From Synechococcus sp. (GTDB taxonomy: Bacteria; Cyanobacteriota; Cyanobacteriia; PCC-6307; Cyanobiaceae): 64,000 nucleotides of DNA. Positions within the stretch are counted from its first letter, which is position 1; each line of letters starts with the position of its first letter. The stretch covers positions 1,184,001 to 1,248,000 of the forward strand of contig JBJBCN010000002.1 in assembly GCA_047285805.1 (NCBI GenBank), in the 5' to 3' direction. Positions 51,444 to 62,662 of this stretch are shown in pieces. The translations under genes and the position numbers were made by a program. The notes under the pieces are model-generated. The model was not told the origin of the DNA and did no database searches. It worked only from the letters and a program-made list of their open reading frames with translations.

Positions 51444-51971
51444 ATGACCTGCACCCGACTTCTCAGCTGGCTGTCGGCCGTGCTGATCCTGCTGGCAGCA
51501 CCGGGCCTAACCCTGGCCCTCGACACCTCCGCTGGGGTGGGGCTGCAGGATCGCGCTCTGTTCCAGGACACCGTCGACTACACCCTCACCAACCAAAGCG
51601 GCAAAGACTTCTCCGGCCAGCAACTGGCCAACACCTCCTTCGCCGGTGCCGTTGGCAAGGCCGCTGACTTCAGCGAGGCTGATCTCCACGGCGCGATCTT
51701 GACCCAGGGGGCCTTCCCGGAGGCCAACTTCAACGGCGCGGACCTCTCCGATGTGCTGCTGGATCGCACCGACATGAGCGGCACCGACCTGCGGAATGCC
51801 GTCCTGGTCGGCGTGATTGCATCCGGCAGCACCTTCACCGGTGCCCAGGTCGAGAACGCCGACTTCAGTGATGCCCTCCTGGACCGTGCCGATCAGCGCA
51901 GCCTCTGCACCAGCGCCAGCGGCACCAACCCCAGCACCGGAGTCAACACCCGGGTCAGCCTCGGCTGCTAG
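51444..51971 (+). CDS. Pentapeptide-repeat protein (secreted/lumenal)
   Basis: Signal peptide, A(D/N)(L/F)xx repeats, C-terminal GTNP..T..SLGC. Confidence 0.9.
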   Translation: MTCTRLLSWLSAVLILLAAPGLTLALDTSAGVGLQDRALFQDTVDYTLTNQSGKDFSGQQLANTSFAGAVGKAADFSEADLHGAILTQGAFPEANFNGADLSDVLLDRTDMSGTDLRNAVLVGVIASGSTFTGAQVENADFSDALLDRADQRSLCTSASGTNPSTGVNTRVSLGC

Positions 51972-53365
51972 ATCCAGCCCCGCAACTTGCCGGGGTTCAT
52001 CAGACCAGCCGGGTCATAGGTCCGTTTGGCCTCCACCTGATCGGCATCCACCACCCCAAGCCCCCCGTCCTCCACGCTGATGACGTGGGGGTTGAACAGC
52101 AAACACCCCAGGTCACGGGCCTGATCGATCAGTTCTTGCAGGGCCGAAGCACCCCTCCAGCGCACCAAGGGGAGACAGGCGAGGCGCTGCCGGCCCTGGC
52201 TGCTAACCGCCTCGAGGTGCCAAAGCAGGTCCTCGCCCCAGCGCTCCCGTAGGGCCTCCAAAGCTGGGGCTACCGGCTGGGGCAAGAGCAACTGCAGATA
52301 GGTCCACCCCGGCTCCTGACTGCGCACGTGCAGGGTCGTGTGATTCCAGGTCAGCTCCCGCAGGGGAATGCCGCGGCTGCGCCCTTGGGGCTCACTCCAG
52401 CTCAGACTCCCCCCCAGGTCCAAGACCCAGGACTCCAGGACCGGCGTCGCATCCGGAGCCGCCAGGAGCAGGAGGCGATGGGCAGCGCCGCAAGCTGCAG
52501 GGCACCCCTGGGGCCAGGGCAAGCGCGCAGCGACAGAAGCCTCCAACAGACACAAGGCCTTCAGCTCCAGCGCTGAGGCCGCCAGCTGCTGGGCCGCCAC
52601 CAGGGCAGCCGACCAGTCGTAAAACTCCAGCACCCACTGCCGCCAGGCCACCGCAGGGGCGGAGGCCATGGTCAAGGCCGTGAAAATCCCATTGGTCCCA
52701 TAGGCATGGTTGAGGGGACGCGCAGCCCTTGCGTCCAGCTGCAGCAACCGCGGCTCGGGCTCCACCGTGACCATCTCAACCCCGAGTAGATGCCCTGGGT
52801 CCCGCAAAAATCCCCAGCGCAACGAACCAATCCCGCCGGATCCCCCGGCCACGTAGCCACCCAGGCTGGCGGTGCGCACAGTGCTCGGCAGCAACCGTTG
52901 CTCGCGGCCATGGGGGAGCAACTGGCGATCCAAGTCCGCCAGAACGATACCGGGCTCTGCGGTAAACACGCCCGAGCTGGCATCCACCTCGCGCAGCTTG
53001 TTCAGGCCACTGGTCTCCAGCAGTAAGCCACCAGCCAAGGGAATGCATTGGCCGTAATTCCCGGTCGCCGCCCCCCGCACCGTCAGGCTGACCCCATGGC
53101 GGCCTGCGGCCGCCGCCACCTGCAATACCTCGGCGGCTGAGGTCACGCTAACGCCGATCTGGGCGCGCAGGCCACAGAGCAGAGGCTGAAGCACAGGCGA
53201 GTACACAAACCCATCGGCCGCCAGGCTCTCCAGCTCCCCCGGACTGCGGAGCAAGGGCAAGCCTGAGGCCCTCAGATCAAGGGCCAATGCCTCGAGCTGG
53301 GCAGCCGTTGCGGGGTCAGGGAGACCCGGGGGCAGGGCGCCGGGCAGGTCAGTCGTGCACTGCAT
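51968..53365 (-). CDS. FAD-binding oxidoreductase
   Basis: RGAATGNYGQC, SLGGYVAGGSGG, HAYGTNG, DPAGLMNPGK. Confidence 0.9.
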   Translation of the reverse strand: MQCTTDLPGALPPGLPDPATAAQLEALALDLRASGLPLLRSPGELESLAADGFVYSPVLQPLLCGLRAQIGVSVTSAAEVLQVAAAAGRHGVSLTVRGAATGNYGQCIPLAGGLLLETSGLNKLREVDASSGVFTAEPGIVLADLDRQLLPHGREQRLLPSTVRTASLGGYVAGGSGGIGSLRWGFLRDPGHLLGVEMVTVEPEPRLLQLDARAARPLNHAYGTNGIFTALTMASAPAVAWRQWVLEFYDWSAALVAAQQLAASALELKALCLLEASVAARLPWPQGCPAACGAAHRLLLLAAPDATPVLESWVLDLGGSLSWSEPQGRSRGIPLRELTWNHTTLHVRSQEPGWTYLQLLLPQPVAPALEALRERWGEDLLWHLEAVSSQGRQRLACLPLVRWRGASALQELIDQARDLGCLLFNPHVISVEDGGLGVVDADQVEAKRTYDPAGLMNPGKLRGWI

Positions 53366-54642
53366 CAGACCACATTGGCAAGCCGTGCATCGGTATGGGC
53401 CTGATCCGGCGGTGGTAGCCAACGACCCTGGCGCAACACCCTGCGCTGCGGTGAATGGGCCAGGAATTCGGCCCAACTGCCGGCGCTGGTCAACAGCAGA
53501 TCCGCTGGTCCACCCACCCGCAACACCCCATCCCAGGCCAAGCCCAAGAGCCGTGCCGGGTTCGTCGTAAACGGCATCAATCCTTGGCGCTCCCAGGGGG
53601 GAGTGTGGGTGGCGCGAAAACTCAGGCGCAGCAAGTCCAGGGGATCGAAATCACCGCCCGGGTACCAAGGGTCCTGGACATTGTCGGCCCCCAGCGACAC
53701 CGCGACCCCCTCCTGCAGCAGCAGACGCATGGGGGCCAGGGGACGGAAGCCCGAGCTGACGCTCTGCTCACGGCCCAGCAACCAGAAATTCGTGGTCGGC
53801 AAGGCCACCACCGCCACCCCCAGGCGCTGCAACCGCTGCGCAAGAGGCCGGGCCTGGGCGGCCTTCAACAGTCCCATGCTGCTGGCGTGACTGCAGGTGA
53901 TCGGCACCCCCGGGTGAAACCGTTCTAGCCTCTGCACCAGCAGCTGGACCCCGGCGGCGGGGGCCTCGGTGGACTCATCGATGTGCAGGTCAATGCTGCA
54001 GCCCAGCTCCCCGGCCAAGCACAGCAGGGCATCAAGGTCCGCCGCATCGCGTCCGCTACTGGGATAGGGGGGACCCAGAACGCCGCCCAGCAATCCACCC
54101 GCGGCGGCCACCCGACTCGCCAAGGCCAAGCCCTCACTGGAGCGCCAGAGGGACAGGGGAGCGAGGGCGACCAACTGCAGCTCAATCCGTCCTGCCCAGC
54201 GCTGCTGGAGCTCAATCAGAGCCTGCCAGCTGGGCTCGGCGCAGGGGTCGCCGCTGTCGATGTGACTGCGCAAACCGCGCAGGCCGTAGCGCCAGGCCTG
54301 ATCGAGGGCCCGCTCACCGCGCTGCAGCACCTGCTCAGCCGTGCGTCCTTGCCCCTCCTGAAGATTCAAAGCCAGAGCCGCCTGCATCCGGCCGCTGTAG
54401 TTGGGAAAGTCCGGCCAACTGAAGGCCTTATCCAGATGGACATGGGGGTCCACCAATGGCGTCAGAGCCAAAGGCAAGCCTGAACCGCCGTAGGACTCGA
54501 TGGCGCTGAGCTGATCGCCTCGCCAACGCAACTCCACCGGCAACAGTCCCTGGGCATCGCCGCAGGGCAGATCGGTGCGTTGGGGATCCAACAGGGCCCG
54601 CGGCACCAAACACTGCAGCTGCTGCTCAATGCCTCGATCCAT
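53365..54642 (-). CDS. Cytosine deaminase-like amidohydrolase
   Basis: DPHVHLDK, RSHID, DLHIDE, SHA, GADNVQDPWYP. Confidence 0.88.
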   Translation of the reverse strand: MDRGIEQQLQCLVPRALLDPQRTDLPCGDAQGLLPVELRWRGDQLSAIESYGGSGLPLALTPLVDPHVHLDKAFSWPDFPNYSGRMQAALALNLQEGQGRTAEQVLQRGERALDQAWRYGLRGLRSHIDSGDPCAEPSWQALIELQQRWAGRIELQLVALAPLSLWRSSEGLALASRVAAAGGLLGGVLGPPYPSSGRDAADLDALLCLAGELGCSIDLHIDESTEAPAAGVQLLVQRLERFHPGVPITCSHASSMGLLKAAQARPLAQRLQRLGVAVVALPTTNFWLLGREQSVSSGFRPLAPMRLLLQEGVAVSLGADNVQDPWYPGGDFDPLDLLRLSFRATHTPPWERQGLMPFTTNPARLLGLAWDGVLRVGGPADLLLTSAGSWAEFLAHSPQRRVLRQGRWLPPPDQAHTDARLANVV

Positions 54643-54653
54643 CCCGAATGCGA

Positions 54654-55079
54654 TCAACGCTGCGCCAAACCCGGCGCCGCTTCCTCCGAACTCTGAACCA
54701 CCAAGAGCTGCCCTGCTCCCCCCAAGGTCACCGCGTGATAGCGGGGGATCGTCAATCCCGGCAACAGGGTCTGACCACCCAGTTCGGTCGTATAAATGCT
54801 GAACAGTCCGGCGTTGTAGCGGCGGCTGGAGGCCGCCGCCAATTGCCCCAACGCCTTGCGCTGACTGGCCACCAGCTGAGGGCAGTCCTGAATCACCAAG
54901 CGCGCGATCAGGGGAAGGGACCCAGACGCGCAAAGCTCGCGGGAGGCGGCGCGCACCAACTGATCGCCCGCGAAGGCCTCGAAGTCATCCGTCCCAGGGT
55001 TGGTCACCGCCAAAGCCACCACGGCCACACCGGCCGCCACGACCCAAGTCCAACGCCCATCACCCGGAGAATCAGCCAT
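54654..55079 (-). CDS. DUF4359-like protein
   Basis: TM + TNP..F..FAG..L; RYNAGLFSIY. Confidence 0.7.
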   Translation of the reverse strand: MADSPGDGRWTWVVAAGVAVVALAVTNPGTDDFEAFAGDQLVRAASRELCASGSLPLIARLVIQDCPQLVASQRKALGQLAAASSRRYNAGLFSIYTTELGGQTLLPGLTIPRYHAVTLGGAGQLLVVQSSEEAAPGLAQR

Positions 55080-55119
55080 CTATTGAGAGCCGTTGCATTG
55101 GTAGGATCGACTTGCCCTG

Positions 55120-55192
55120 GCGGGCGTAGCCAAGTGGTTAAGGCACCGGGTTGTGGTCCCGGCATTCGGGGGTTCAAGTCCCCTCGCTCGCC
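55120..55192 (+). tRNA. tRNA-His(GTG)
   Basis: GCGGGCGTAGCCAAGTGGTTAAGGCA-CCGGG-TTGTGGT-CCCGG..GGTTCAAGTCC; encoded G-1 at 55119, C discriminator. Confidence 0.97.
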
Positions 55193-55259
55193 CCTTCCAG
55201 AATCCCCTGATTCTCTCTGAGGACCAGGGGATTCGCCCTATTTAGAGCAAATCGCAGCG

Positions 55260-56321
55260 TCAATCCAGGGCCGCCAGCAGCCCAGAGCTTCCGTGGCGCA
55301 CTGGATCCCAGACGGGCAGACCGGTGAGTGCCTGCAAACACGCGCGCTCTTGCTCCGCCTGCTCCTTGTTCAACAGCGCGGTGTTCAGGCAGATCGCCCT
55401 GACCTTGGGACGCTGTCCATCGTGACGGGCCAGAGCCGCTATGGCCTCGTTGGCCGCGATCACCTCGGGGAGCGGCGGAATCGCCACGGGTACAGCACCC
55501 GGACGGGTGCGCACATGGCTCTGGCCAGCGCGATGCACCAACAGCAAGGCCGTCGGTTGGCTGCCTCGCATCAGGGGCAGGGTGGCTGTCGAACCAGGAT
55601 GGCAGAGGGAGCCCTGCCCTTCCACCAGCACCAAGGTCTCCGCCATGGCGCCCTCGGCAGCCGTCAGCACTGCCTCTTCCACAGCACCGGCGGCGTAGTC
55701 GACGCGCACCGCATCCAAGGCCACACCGTGGCCACTGATCAAGATCCCGGCCTGACCGGTGCCAACAAAGCGCACGTCGCGGCCCTGCCGCTGCCCCTCG
55801 CGCTGCAGCTCCAGGCAGGCGCTCATTTTGCCGACGGCCATATCGGAGCCGACCGCCAGCACCCGCCGGCAGGGCAGCGCCGCCGCGCGTGCGGTCGCGA
55901 CCTCCAGATCCGGGGGCTCATGGCGCAGATCCCAAATCCACTGCCCAGGAGCCAAGGCGATGGCCGCGAACTCCGGATCATCCGCCAGACGGCTGTGCAA
56001 ACCACTCGCCAGGCTCAATCCCGCCCGCAGGGCCAGGACCACATCGCTACGCATCTCCAGCGGCAGCCGTCCACCGGAGGGGGCTAAGCCCACCACCGCC
56101 ACCTCGGGGGCATAGGCCAAGGCCGCCTCCAAGTCGGCCACGACAGGAACAGAGCGCTGAATCCCCGTGACCGCTTCAAGCGACGCGCCGGCGTGAGCCG
56201 GGTCAACCACCGCCACGATTGGCCCGGAGCGATAGCGCAACATCGCCAGGCCGGTTTTGCCCGAGAGGTTGTCCAAGCCGCCGTGCAGCAGCACCACCAC
56301 TGGACGCTGAGCCGACAGCAT
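55260..56321 (-). CDS. DUF1611 P-loop protein
   Basis: GKTG..LRY, GSDMAVGKM, GTGQAG, VEGQGSL. Confidence 0.88.
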   Translation of the reverse strand: MLSAQRPVVVLLHGGLDNLSGKTGLAMLRYRSGPIVAVVDPAHAGASLEAVTGIQRSVPVVADLEAALAYAPEVAVVGLAPSGGRLPLEMRSDVVLALRAGLSLASGLHSRLADDPEFAAIALAPGQWIWDLRHEPPDLEVATARAAALPCRRVLAVGSDMAVGKMSACLELQREGQRQGRDVRFVGTGQAGILISGHGVALDAVRVDYAAGAVEEAVLTAAEGAMAETLVLVEGQGSLCHPGSTATLPLMRGSQPTALLLVHRAGQSHVRTRPGAVPVAIPPLPEVIAANEAIAALARHDGQRPKVRAICLNTALLNKEQAEQERACLQALTGLPVWDPVRHGSSGLLAALD

Positions 56322-57376
56322 CAGCCCACCTCCAGGACGCCCAGGCCCGGGCGGTCCGCGGGTGCCAGTCGATCCCCCTGGCGATCCGGCCCCGAAAAGG
56401 GGTCATCCACCAAGTTGAGGTGGCTGTCGAGGTCCGGCCAGTGCACCAAGGGCAGCAGTTGGGCGGCGCCACTGTTCAGCAAGCCGCCATCGGAATAGCA
56501 ACCAAGCATCACCTTCAACCCCAAGCGATGGGCCGTGCGAGCCATGAGCAGTCCCTCACTCAGCCCCCCGGATTTCACCAACTTGATGTTGATGCCATCG
56601 ACATGGGGAGCCAGCCGCAGCAGATCGTTTAAGTCCCAGCAACTCTCATCGGCCACCAGGGGAATGGTTGCCAATCGATGCAACGCCGCAAAGCCAGCCC
56701 GGTCAGCCTCCCGATCCGCTAGGGGTGGCAGGGGCTGCTCCACCAGCACCACCCCCTGATCCGCCAACCAAGGAATCATTTGGCGAGCACCATCAAGGTC
56801 CCAACCGCCATTGGCATCGATCTGCAGCTCATCGCCGGGATGCAGGGCCGGCCTCACCCCCTCCACCAGCTGCCGGTCGTGGGCCAAACCATCGGGGGAG
56901 CCCAACTTCAGCTTCACCCGTGTGGCCGGCAGCAGCTGCCGCCAACGCTCCAGCCGCGTCAACACCGACGCCAGCGATCCCAGACCGAGGGTGATGCTTG
57001 TGGCCACACAGGCCGCGGGATCCAAGCCCCAAAGCCGATGCAGGGGTTGTCCGAGCCGCTGTCCCCACCAGTCGTGCAGGGCCAGATCCAAACCGCAGCG
57101 GGCCGGGGGGCTCAGCCCAGCCAATAGGGGCTCTAGGGCCTGCCAGGGCTGGGGCTTGAGGGACTCCAGCCGTGGCGCCAGGGCTTCGAGCTCCGCCGCA
57201 ACGGACTCGGTCGCGTAGTGCCGGTGCCCCGTATCGAAACCACCGGTCTCACCCCGGCCCGTAATGCCGTCCTGCTCCAGCTCCAGCAGGAGGTGCTCGA
57301 CAGCAGAGGTCGTGCCGCGGCTAATGGCCAAGGGCACCGCTTTGCTGAGGCGAAAACGGCTCAGACGGAGGCGCAT
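56321..57376 (-). CDS. Dipeptide epimerase (enolase superfamily)
   Basis: KLKLG, DANGGW, EQP, ADES, NIKLVKSGG, DLDS. Confidence 0.9.
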   Translation of the reverse strand: MRLRLSRFRLSKAVPLAISRGTTSAVEHLLLELEQDGITGRGETGGFDTGHRHYATESVAAELEALAPRLESLKPQPWQALEPLLAGLSPPARCGLDLALHDWWGQRLGQPLHRLWGLDPAACVATSITLGLGSLASVLTRLERWRQLLPATRVKLKLGSPDGLAHDRQLVEGVRPALHPGDELQIDANGGWDLDGARQMIPWLADQGVVLVEQPLPPLADREADRAGFAALHRLATIPLVADESCWDLNDLLRLAPHVDGINIKLVKSGGLSEGLLMARTAHRLGLKVMLGCYSDGGLLNSGAAQLLPLVHWPDLDSHLNLVDDPFSGPDRQGDRLAPADRPGLGVLEVG

Positions 57377-57446
57377 CGGGACTCAACAGCCCCTTTAAGC
57401 TGGCACGCATCGAAATGGCGCGCCGCCCATACCGGAAACTGGTGGC

Positions 57447-58832
57447 ATGACGGCGACACAACTGAGCGCTCCCCCAGCCACAACGGGACGGGGCAGCTAC
57501 TGGATCACGACCTTCGGCTGCCAGATGAACAAGGCGGATTCCGAGCGCATGGCCGGGATCCTCGAATCCATGGGTTACAGCGAAGCCACGGCTGAACTGG
57601 AGGCCGATCTGGTCCTCTACAACACCTGTACGATCCGCGATAACGCAGAGCAGAAGGTCTACAGCTATTTAGGGCGCCAAGCCCAGCGCAAGCGCACCAA
57701 CCCCAACCTCACCCTGGTGGTCGCCGGCTGCGTCGCCCAACAGGAAGGGGAATCACTGCTGCGCCGGGTGCCGGAGCTGGACCTGGTGATGGGGCCGCAG
57801 CACGCCAATCGCCTCGATGTTCTGCTGAACCAGGTGGAGCAGGGCCAGCAGGTAGTGGCCACCGAAGAGCACCATATCCTTGAGGACATCACCACCGCTC
57901 GCCGCGACAGCAGCATTTGCGGCTGGGTCAACGTCATCTACGGCTGCAACGAGCGCTGCACCTACTGCGTCGTTCCCTCGGTGCGCGGCAAGGAGCAGTC
58001 GCGTATACCCGAGGCAATCAAGCTCGAGATGGAGGGCCTGGCCGCCCAAGGCTTCAAGGAGATCACCCTGCTCGGGCAAAACATTGATGCCTACGGCCGC
58101 GACCTGCCCGGAATCACCCGGGAAGGTCGCCGGCAGCACACCCTCACCGATCTCCTCCAGTTCGTCCATGACGTGGAGGGGATTGAGCGCATTCGCTTCG
58201 CCACCAGCCACCCCCGTTACTTCACGGAACGGCTGATCGACGCCTGCGCCGACCTGCCCAAGGTCTGCGAGCACTTCCACGTCCCCTTCCAGAGCGGTGA
58301 CGACGATGTCCTTAAGGCGATGGCCCGCGGCTACACGGTGGATCGTTACCGCCGCATAATCGACCGGATCCGCGATCGGATGCCCGACGCCTCCATCAGC
58401 GCCGATGTGATCGTGGCCTTCCCTGGAGAAACCGAGGCACAGTACCGGCGGACGCTTGACCTGATCGATGAGATCGGCTTCGACCAGGTCAACACCGCTG
58501 CCTATTCCCCACGGCCCAACACCCCCGCCGCCGACTGGCCCAACCAGTTGAGCGAGGAGGTCAAAGTGCAACGCCTCCAAGAGATCAACGCCCTGGTGGA
58601 GCGCAAGGCCAAACAGCGCAGTGCCCGCTACGCCGGCCGCACCGAGCAAGTGCTGGTGGAGGGGGTGAACCCGAAACAAGCCGATCAGGTGATGGGGCGA
58701 ACCCGCACGAATCGCCTGACCTTCTTCCCCGCGACCCGCGCCGCTGGAGGCCAGTGGCAAGCCGGCGATCTAGTGGATGTACACATCGAAGAGGTCCGGG
58801 CCTTCTCCCTCAGCGGAGTAGCCCTGTCCTGA
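57447..58832 (+). CDS. miaB: tRNA-2-methylthio-N6-isopentenyladenosine synthase
   Basis: [34 protein letters not shown] domain. Confidence 0.97.
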   Translation: MTATQLSAPPATTGRGSYWITTFGCQMNKADSERMAGILESMGYSEATAELEADLVLYNTCTIRDNAEQKVYSYLGRQAQRKRTNPNLTLVVAGCVAQQEGESLLRRVPELDLVMGPQHANRLDVLLNQVEQGQQVVATEEHHILEDITTARRDSSICGWVNVIYGCNERCTYCVVPSVRGKEQSRIPEAIKLEMEGLAAQGFKEITLLGQNIDAYGRDLPGITREGRRQHTLTDLLQFVHDVEGIERIRFATSHPRYFTERLIDACADLPKVCEHFHVPFQSGDDDVLKAMARGYTVDRYRRIIDRIRDRMPDASISADVIVAFPGETEAQYRRTLDLIDEIGFDQVNTAAYSPRPNTPAADWPNQLSEEVKVQRLQEINALVERKAKQRSARYAGRTEQVLVEGVNPKQADQVMGRTRTNRLTFFPATRAAGGQWQAGDLVDVHIEEVRAFSLSGVALS

Positions 58833-58885
58833 CGCTGGCTGAGGGAGAAATCACTGATACGTTTGGCTCCTGATCTGACGCCCCT

Positions 58886-59980
58886 ATGAGCTCCGAAGCC
58901 ATCAAATTGGGGTTGGTGTTTGGGGGTGTTTCTGGCGAGCACGCCGTCTCGATTCGATCAGCGAACACCGTCGCCGCGGCCCTGCGCTCGGGGGCCAATG
59001 CCCAGCGCTATCAGCTCGACTGCTTCTACATCGACCAGCGAGGGCACTGGTGGCCTCCGACGGTCGCAGACGCGGTCTTAGCCAAAGGCACCCCCGCCGA
59101 GAGCAGCGAACTGCCCGCGGCACCCCTCAGGCAAGGGTTTCAAGGCTTCCCCGAAGGAGCCCTCGATGTGGAGCTCTGGGTACCCGTGCTCCACGGCCCC
59201 AACGGCGAAGACGGAACCATCCAGGGTCTGTTCAGCTTGATGCAGGTGCCCTTTGTCGGCTCAGGCGTCCTGGGTGGCGCGGTTGGCATGGACAAACAGG
59301 CCATGAAGGCCGCCTTTGCCGCCGCCGGTCTCCCCCAAGTTCCCTACGCCTGCGTGGATGCCAGCGACCTCGAAGCCGAGCCCGAGGCCCTCTCCCAACG
59401 CCTGGAAACGCAGCTGGGGTACCCCTGCTTCATCAAGCCCGCCAACCTCGGCTCCTCGGTCGGCATCAGCAAGGCCATCACCCGCACTGAGCTGCTGCAG
59501 GGCCTCGCCCTCGCCGCCCAGCACGACCCCCGAATCGTTGTGGAAAAAGGCATCCAAGCCCGCGAACTGGAATGCGCCGTCCTCGGCGGCCAGCAGATGC
59601 GTGCTTCGGTGCTCGGCGAGATCTGCTTCGAGGCCGATTGGTACGACTACGAGACCAAATACAGCGATGGCAAAAGCCACACCGTGATTCCAGCTGAAGT
59701 GCCCGAAGCCCTGAGTGTGCGGGCGCGAGCCATGGCCATCGCCGCCTGCAGAGCGGTCGGCGCGTCGGGACTCGCCCGAGTGGACTTCTTCTATGAGGAA
59801 ACGATTGGGGCGCTCTGGCTGAACGAGATCAACACCCTGCCCGGCTTCACCAGCCAGAGCATGTACCCGATGCTCTGGGCCAAGACAGGGTTACCGCTTG
59901 AGGAGTTGGTGCACGAATTGGTCCAGCTAGCGCAAGAATCAGCCCAGCCAAGCCACTCCAGGAGGACCGAAGCGGCATGA
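58886..59980 (+). CDS. ddl: D-alanine-D-alanine ligase
   Basis: [30 protein letters not shown]. Confidence 0.97.
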   Translation: MSSEAIKLGLVFGGVSGEHAVSIRSANTVAAALRSGANAQRYQLDCFYIDQRGHWWPPTVADAVLAKGTPAESSELPAAPLRQGFQGFPEGALDVELWVPVLHGPNGEDGTIQGLFSLMQVPFVGSGVLGGAVGMDKQAMKAAFAAAGLPQVPYACVDASDLEAEPEALSQRLETQLGYPCFIKPANLGSSVGISKAITRTELLQGLALAAQHDPRIVVEKGIQARELECAVLGGQQMRASVLGEICFEADWYDYETKYSDGKSHTVIPAEVPEALSVRARAMAIAACRAVGASGLARVDFFYEETIGALWLNEINTLPGFTSQSMYPMLWAKTGLPLEELVHELVQLAQESAQPSHSRRTEAA

Positions 59981-60387
59981 GTCACGGTCTGATCTGGCTC
60001 CCCTTGCTGGTGATCTTTCCCCTGATCACCGCCCTCGGCTGGCTAGAGCGACGTCGCCAGAACCTCTTTCGGGCCTGGGCGAAAGGGGCTGAACTGTCCA
60101 AACTCGACGATGGCGGCGGCGCCCGTCTGCTCGACGGCACCATTGCCTGGTGTGTCTTTGAGTCCGGCAATCTCAACGAGAAGGGGCGCTTTGAGGTCAA
60201 AGGACTCGATCAGGTCGATTTACTGGCCCTGGGCTCCGGCGAGGCGCCGCTGACAGAGGAAGCCCAGGGGGCTTGTCGGTTACGGCTGATGGGAAACGGT
60301 CAACAGGCTGATGTTCCATTTGCGGACGCTGAGCGCGCGCGGCGCTGGCGGGATCAACTGATGTCACGCTCCCGCTGCGAATTGTGA
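59977..60387 (+). CDS. Conserved hypothetical protein
   Basis: [15 protein letters not shown]; overlaps the ddl stop and the ftsQ start. Confidence 0.75.
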   Translation: MSHGLIWLPLLVIFPLITALGWLERRRQNLFRAWAKGAELSKLDDGGGARLLDGTIAWCVFESGNLNEKGRFEVKGLDQVDLLALGSGEAPLTEEAQGACRLRLMGNGQQADVPFADAERARRWRDQLMSRSRCEL

Positions 60388-61223
60388 GCACGGCCTCCTC
60401 GCGCTCCGGCCAGGCCCTCGAGCGCAGACGCCAACTCAGGCAAGAACGCCGGCAAGAGCGTTGGAAACAGATCTGGCGCATTGCCGTCCTGACCGGAAGC
60501 TCGGGGGCCCTGGGATGGGGGCTTCTCAAGCAGGGTTGGGTCGTCCGCGATCCCGATCAGATCGAAATGCTGGGGAGCCGCCAGGTCAGCCGGGCCCAGG
60601 TCATCCGTGAGGGCAATCTGCAACTGCCGCTTCCCCTGCTGACGCTCCAGCCCAAGCAGCTGGCCCAACGCCTCTCAGCCGGCCTGCCGGTAGAGCAGGT
60701 CCAGATCAATCGGCTGATGCTCCCCCCTCGGCTGCAGATCTCCCTGGTGGATCGGGAGGCTGTCGCCCAGGCCCAACGCCGCAGCCGTAAGGGCATCGAG
60801 ATGGGCTACGTCGATCGGCTGGGCAATTGGATAACCCGGCGTCAACAATTGGCAAGTGCCCCCGCCAATGCACCCACGGTCCTGGTCCTGGGTTGGCAAG
60901 ACCGACTGCGCCCGGCACTGGCTCAAGTCCTGGCGGAGAGGGACGACCTGGGCAGCCCCCTGCTGCAGGTGCGTTTTGAGGCCAACGGCAGCCTTTGGCT
61001 CCGCACCGCAGCCCTGGGCGACATCCACCTCGGACCCACGTACGACAATTTGGGCAAGCGCCTGAATGTGCTGCGGCACCTCTCCGGCGAACTCCCCCGA
61101 CAGATCCACAACCTGAAGTTGCAATCGATTGATCTCAGTGACCCGAATCAACCCGAACTGACCCTACCGGCGAAAGCAAAACCAAAAGCAGCACCCACCA
61201 AGGTCACGGCCAGTAACCCCTAG
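60384..61223 (+). CDS. ftsQ: Cell division protein FtsQ
   Basis: Basic N-terminus, TM, POTRA-like region, IDLSDP..P; precedes ftsZ. Confidence 0.85.
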   Translation: MSTASSRSGQALERRRQLRQERRQERWKQIWRIAVLTGSSGALGWGLLKQGWVVRDPDQIEMLGSRQVSRAQVIREGNLQLPLPLLTLQPKQLAQRLSAGLPVEQVQINRLMLPPRLQISLVDREAVAQAQRRSRKGIEMGYVDRLGNWITRRQQLASAPANAPTVLVLGWQDRLRPALAQVLAERDDLGSPLLQVRFEANGSLWLRTAALGDIHLGPTYDNLGKRLNVLRHLSGELPRQIHNLKLQSIDLSDPNQPELTLPAKAKPKAAPTKVTASNP

Positions 61224-61319
61224 GCAAAACCCGTAAACGGTGACAGGGCGTTGCGCGAAAGCCTCTAGCCAGCAAAGGTATGTCGATCTAGTCCTGTGAT
61301 CTTCAGGATCAACGACATA

Positions 61320-62462
61320 ATGCAGCGAAGCACCAACGGCACTGCACCTGCTATGGAGATCGCACCCGAGGGCCTCAGTGCCGTCACCAGCAATGGCTCG
61401 GCTGGGATCGTGCCTAGTCAATCCGCACGGATCGAGGTGATCGGCGTGGGAGGCGGTGGCAGCAATGCCGTGGGCCGCATGATCCTCTCGGATCTCGAAG
61501 GTGTTGGATATCGAGTACTGAATACCGATGCGCAAGCCCTGCTGCAATCCGCATCCAAGCAACGGGTCCAGCTCGGACAGAAGCTGACCCGCGGCCTTGG
61601 GGCCGGCGGCAATCCGGCCATCGGTCAAAAAGCCGCCGAAGAGTCCCGCACGGACCTGGCCCAGACCCTCCAGGGTGCGGATCTGGTCTTCATTGCCGCT
61701 GGCATGGGCGGCGGAACCGGCACCGGTGCTGCACCGGTCGTGGCCGAAGTGGCCAAGGAGTGCGGCGCCCTGACCGTGGGCATCGTCACCAAACCCTTTG
61801 GCTTTGAGGGTCGCCGCCGCATGCGGCAGGCCGAAGAGGGCATTGCCCGCCTCTCCGAGCACGTGGACACCCTGATCGTGATCCCGAACGATCGGCTGCG
61901 GGAAGCCATCGCCGGAGCCCCCCTGCAGGACGCCTTCCGCGCCGCAGACGACGTCCTGCGCATGGGCGTCAAGGGCATCACCGACATCATCACCAAGCCT
62001 GGCCTGGTCAACGTTGACTTCGCCGACGTGCGCTCGGTCATGAACGATGCCGGCACGGCCCTGCTGGGTCTGGGTGTGGGCTCTGGCCGCTCCCGTGCCA
62101 GCGAAGCCGCCCAGGCGGCCATCAACAGCCCGCTACTCGAATCGGCTCGGATAGACGGCGCCAAGGGCTGCGTGATCAACATCAGCGGCGGCAAGGACAT
62201 GACCCTCGAGGACATGACCACCGCCTCCGAGGTCATCTACGACGTGGTCGACCCCGAGGCCAACATCATTGTTGGTGCGGTGGTGGACGAGAAGCTCGAA
62301 GGCGAGATCCACGTCACCGTGATCGCCACGGGCTTCGAAGGAGGCGGTGCCTATCGCCCCGAGCGGCCCTTGAACAGCTTTGTCGCCGGCGACAGCGGTG
62401 AAGGCGACCTGCCCGGCGCGGCGATCCCCTCCTTCCTGCTCAACCGCCAGAACAAAAACTGA
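61320..62462 (+). CDS. ftsZ: Cell division protein FtsZ
   Basis: [30 protein letters not shown]; start 61320 or 61353. Confidence 0.99.
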   Translation: MQRSTNGTAPAMEIAPEGLSAVTSNGSAGIVPSQSARIEVIGVGGGGSNAVGRMILSDLEGVGYRVLNTDAQALLQSASKQRVQLGQKLTRGLGAGGNPAIGQKAAEESRTDLAQTLQGADLVFIAAGMGGGTGTGAAPVVAEVAKECGALTVGIVTKPFGFEGRRRMRQAEEGIARLSEHVDTLIVIPNDRLREAIAGAPLQDAFRAADDVLRMGVKGITDIITKPGLVNVDFADVRSVMNDAGTALLGLGVGSGRSRASEAAQAAINSPLLESARIDGAKGCVINISGGKDMTLEDMTTASEVIYDVVDPEANIIVGAVVDEKLEGEIHVTVIATGFEGGGAYRPERPLNSFVAGDSGEGDLPGAAIPSFLLNRQNKN

Positions 62463-62481
62463 GCCCAGCGCTCAACCCAAC

Positions 62482-62510
62482 AAAAAGGGGGCCATGGGCC
62501 TCTTTTTTTT
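62482..62510. terminator. Bidirectional terminator between ftsZ and ffs
   Basis: AAAAAGGGGGCC-atg-GGCCTCTTTTTTTT. Confidence 0.75.
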
Positions 62511-62520
62511 CGCTTGATTG

Positions 62521-62622
62521 GGGTGACCCGGAATCCACGCCTGCCAAGAGCATCCCGTGTGGCTGCTCCCTTCCGGTCCTGACCAGATTTGGGCGTCCGG
62601 GCCGCGTGGGTCCGAGTCACCC
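62521..62622 (-). ncRNA. ffs: Signal recognition particle 4.5S RNA
   Basis: Minus strand GGTCAGGACCGGAAGGGAGCAGCC helix-8 motif inside a long hairpin with complementary ends. Confidence 0.95.
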
Positions 62623-62662
62623 GGATGCTAGCAATGAGCCCCATCGAACCGGTGATCGCCAG

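Noticed and set aside
47331..55235. tRNA genes as island integration sites
   Set aside because: No duplicated tRNA 3' ends or foreign DNA seen next to any of the three tRNAs.
62606..62662. panB start at 62606
   Set aside because: It overlaps the SRP RNA 5' end; GTG 62663 is more plausible.
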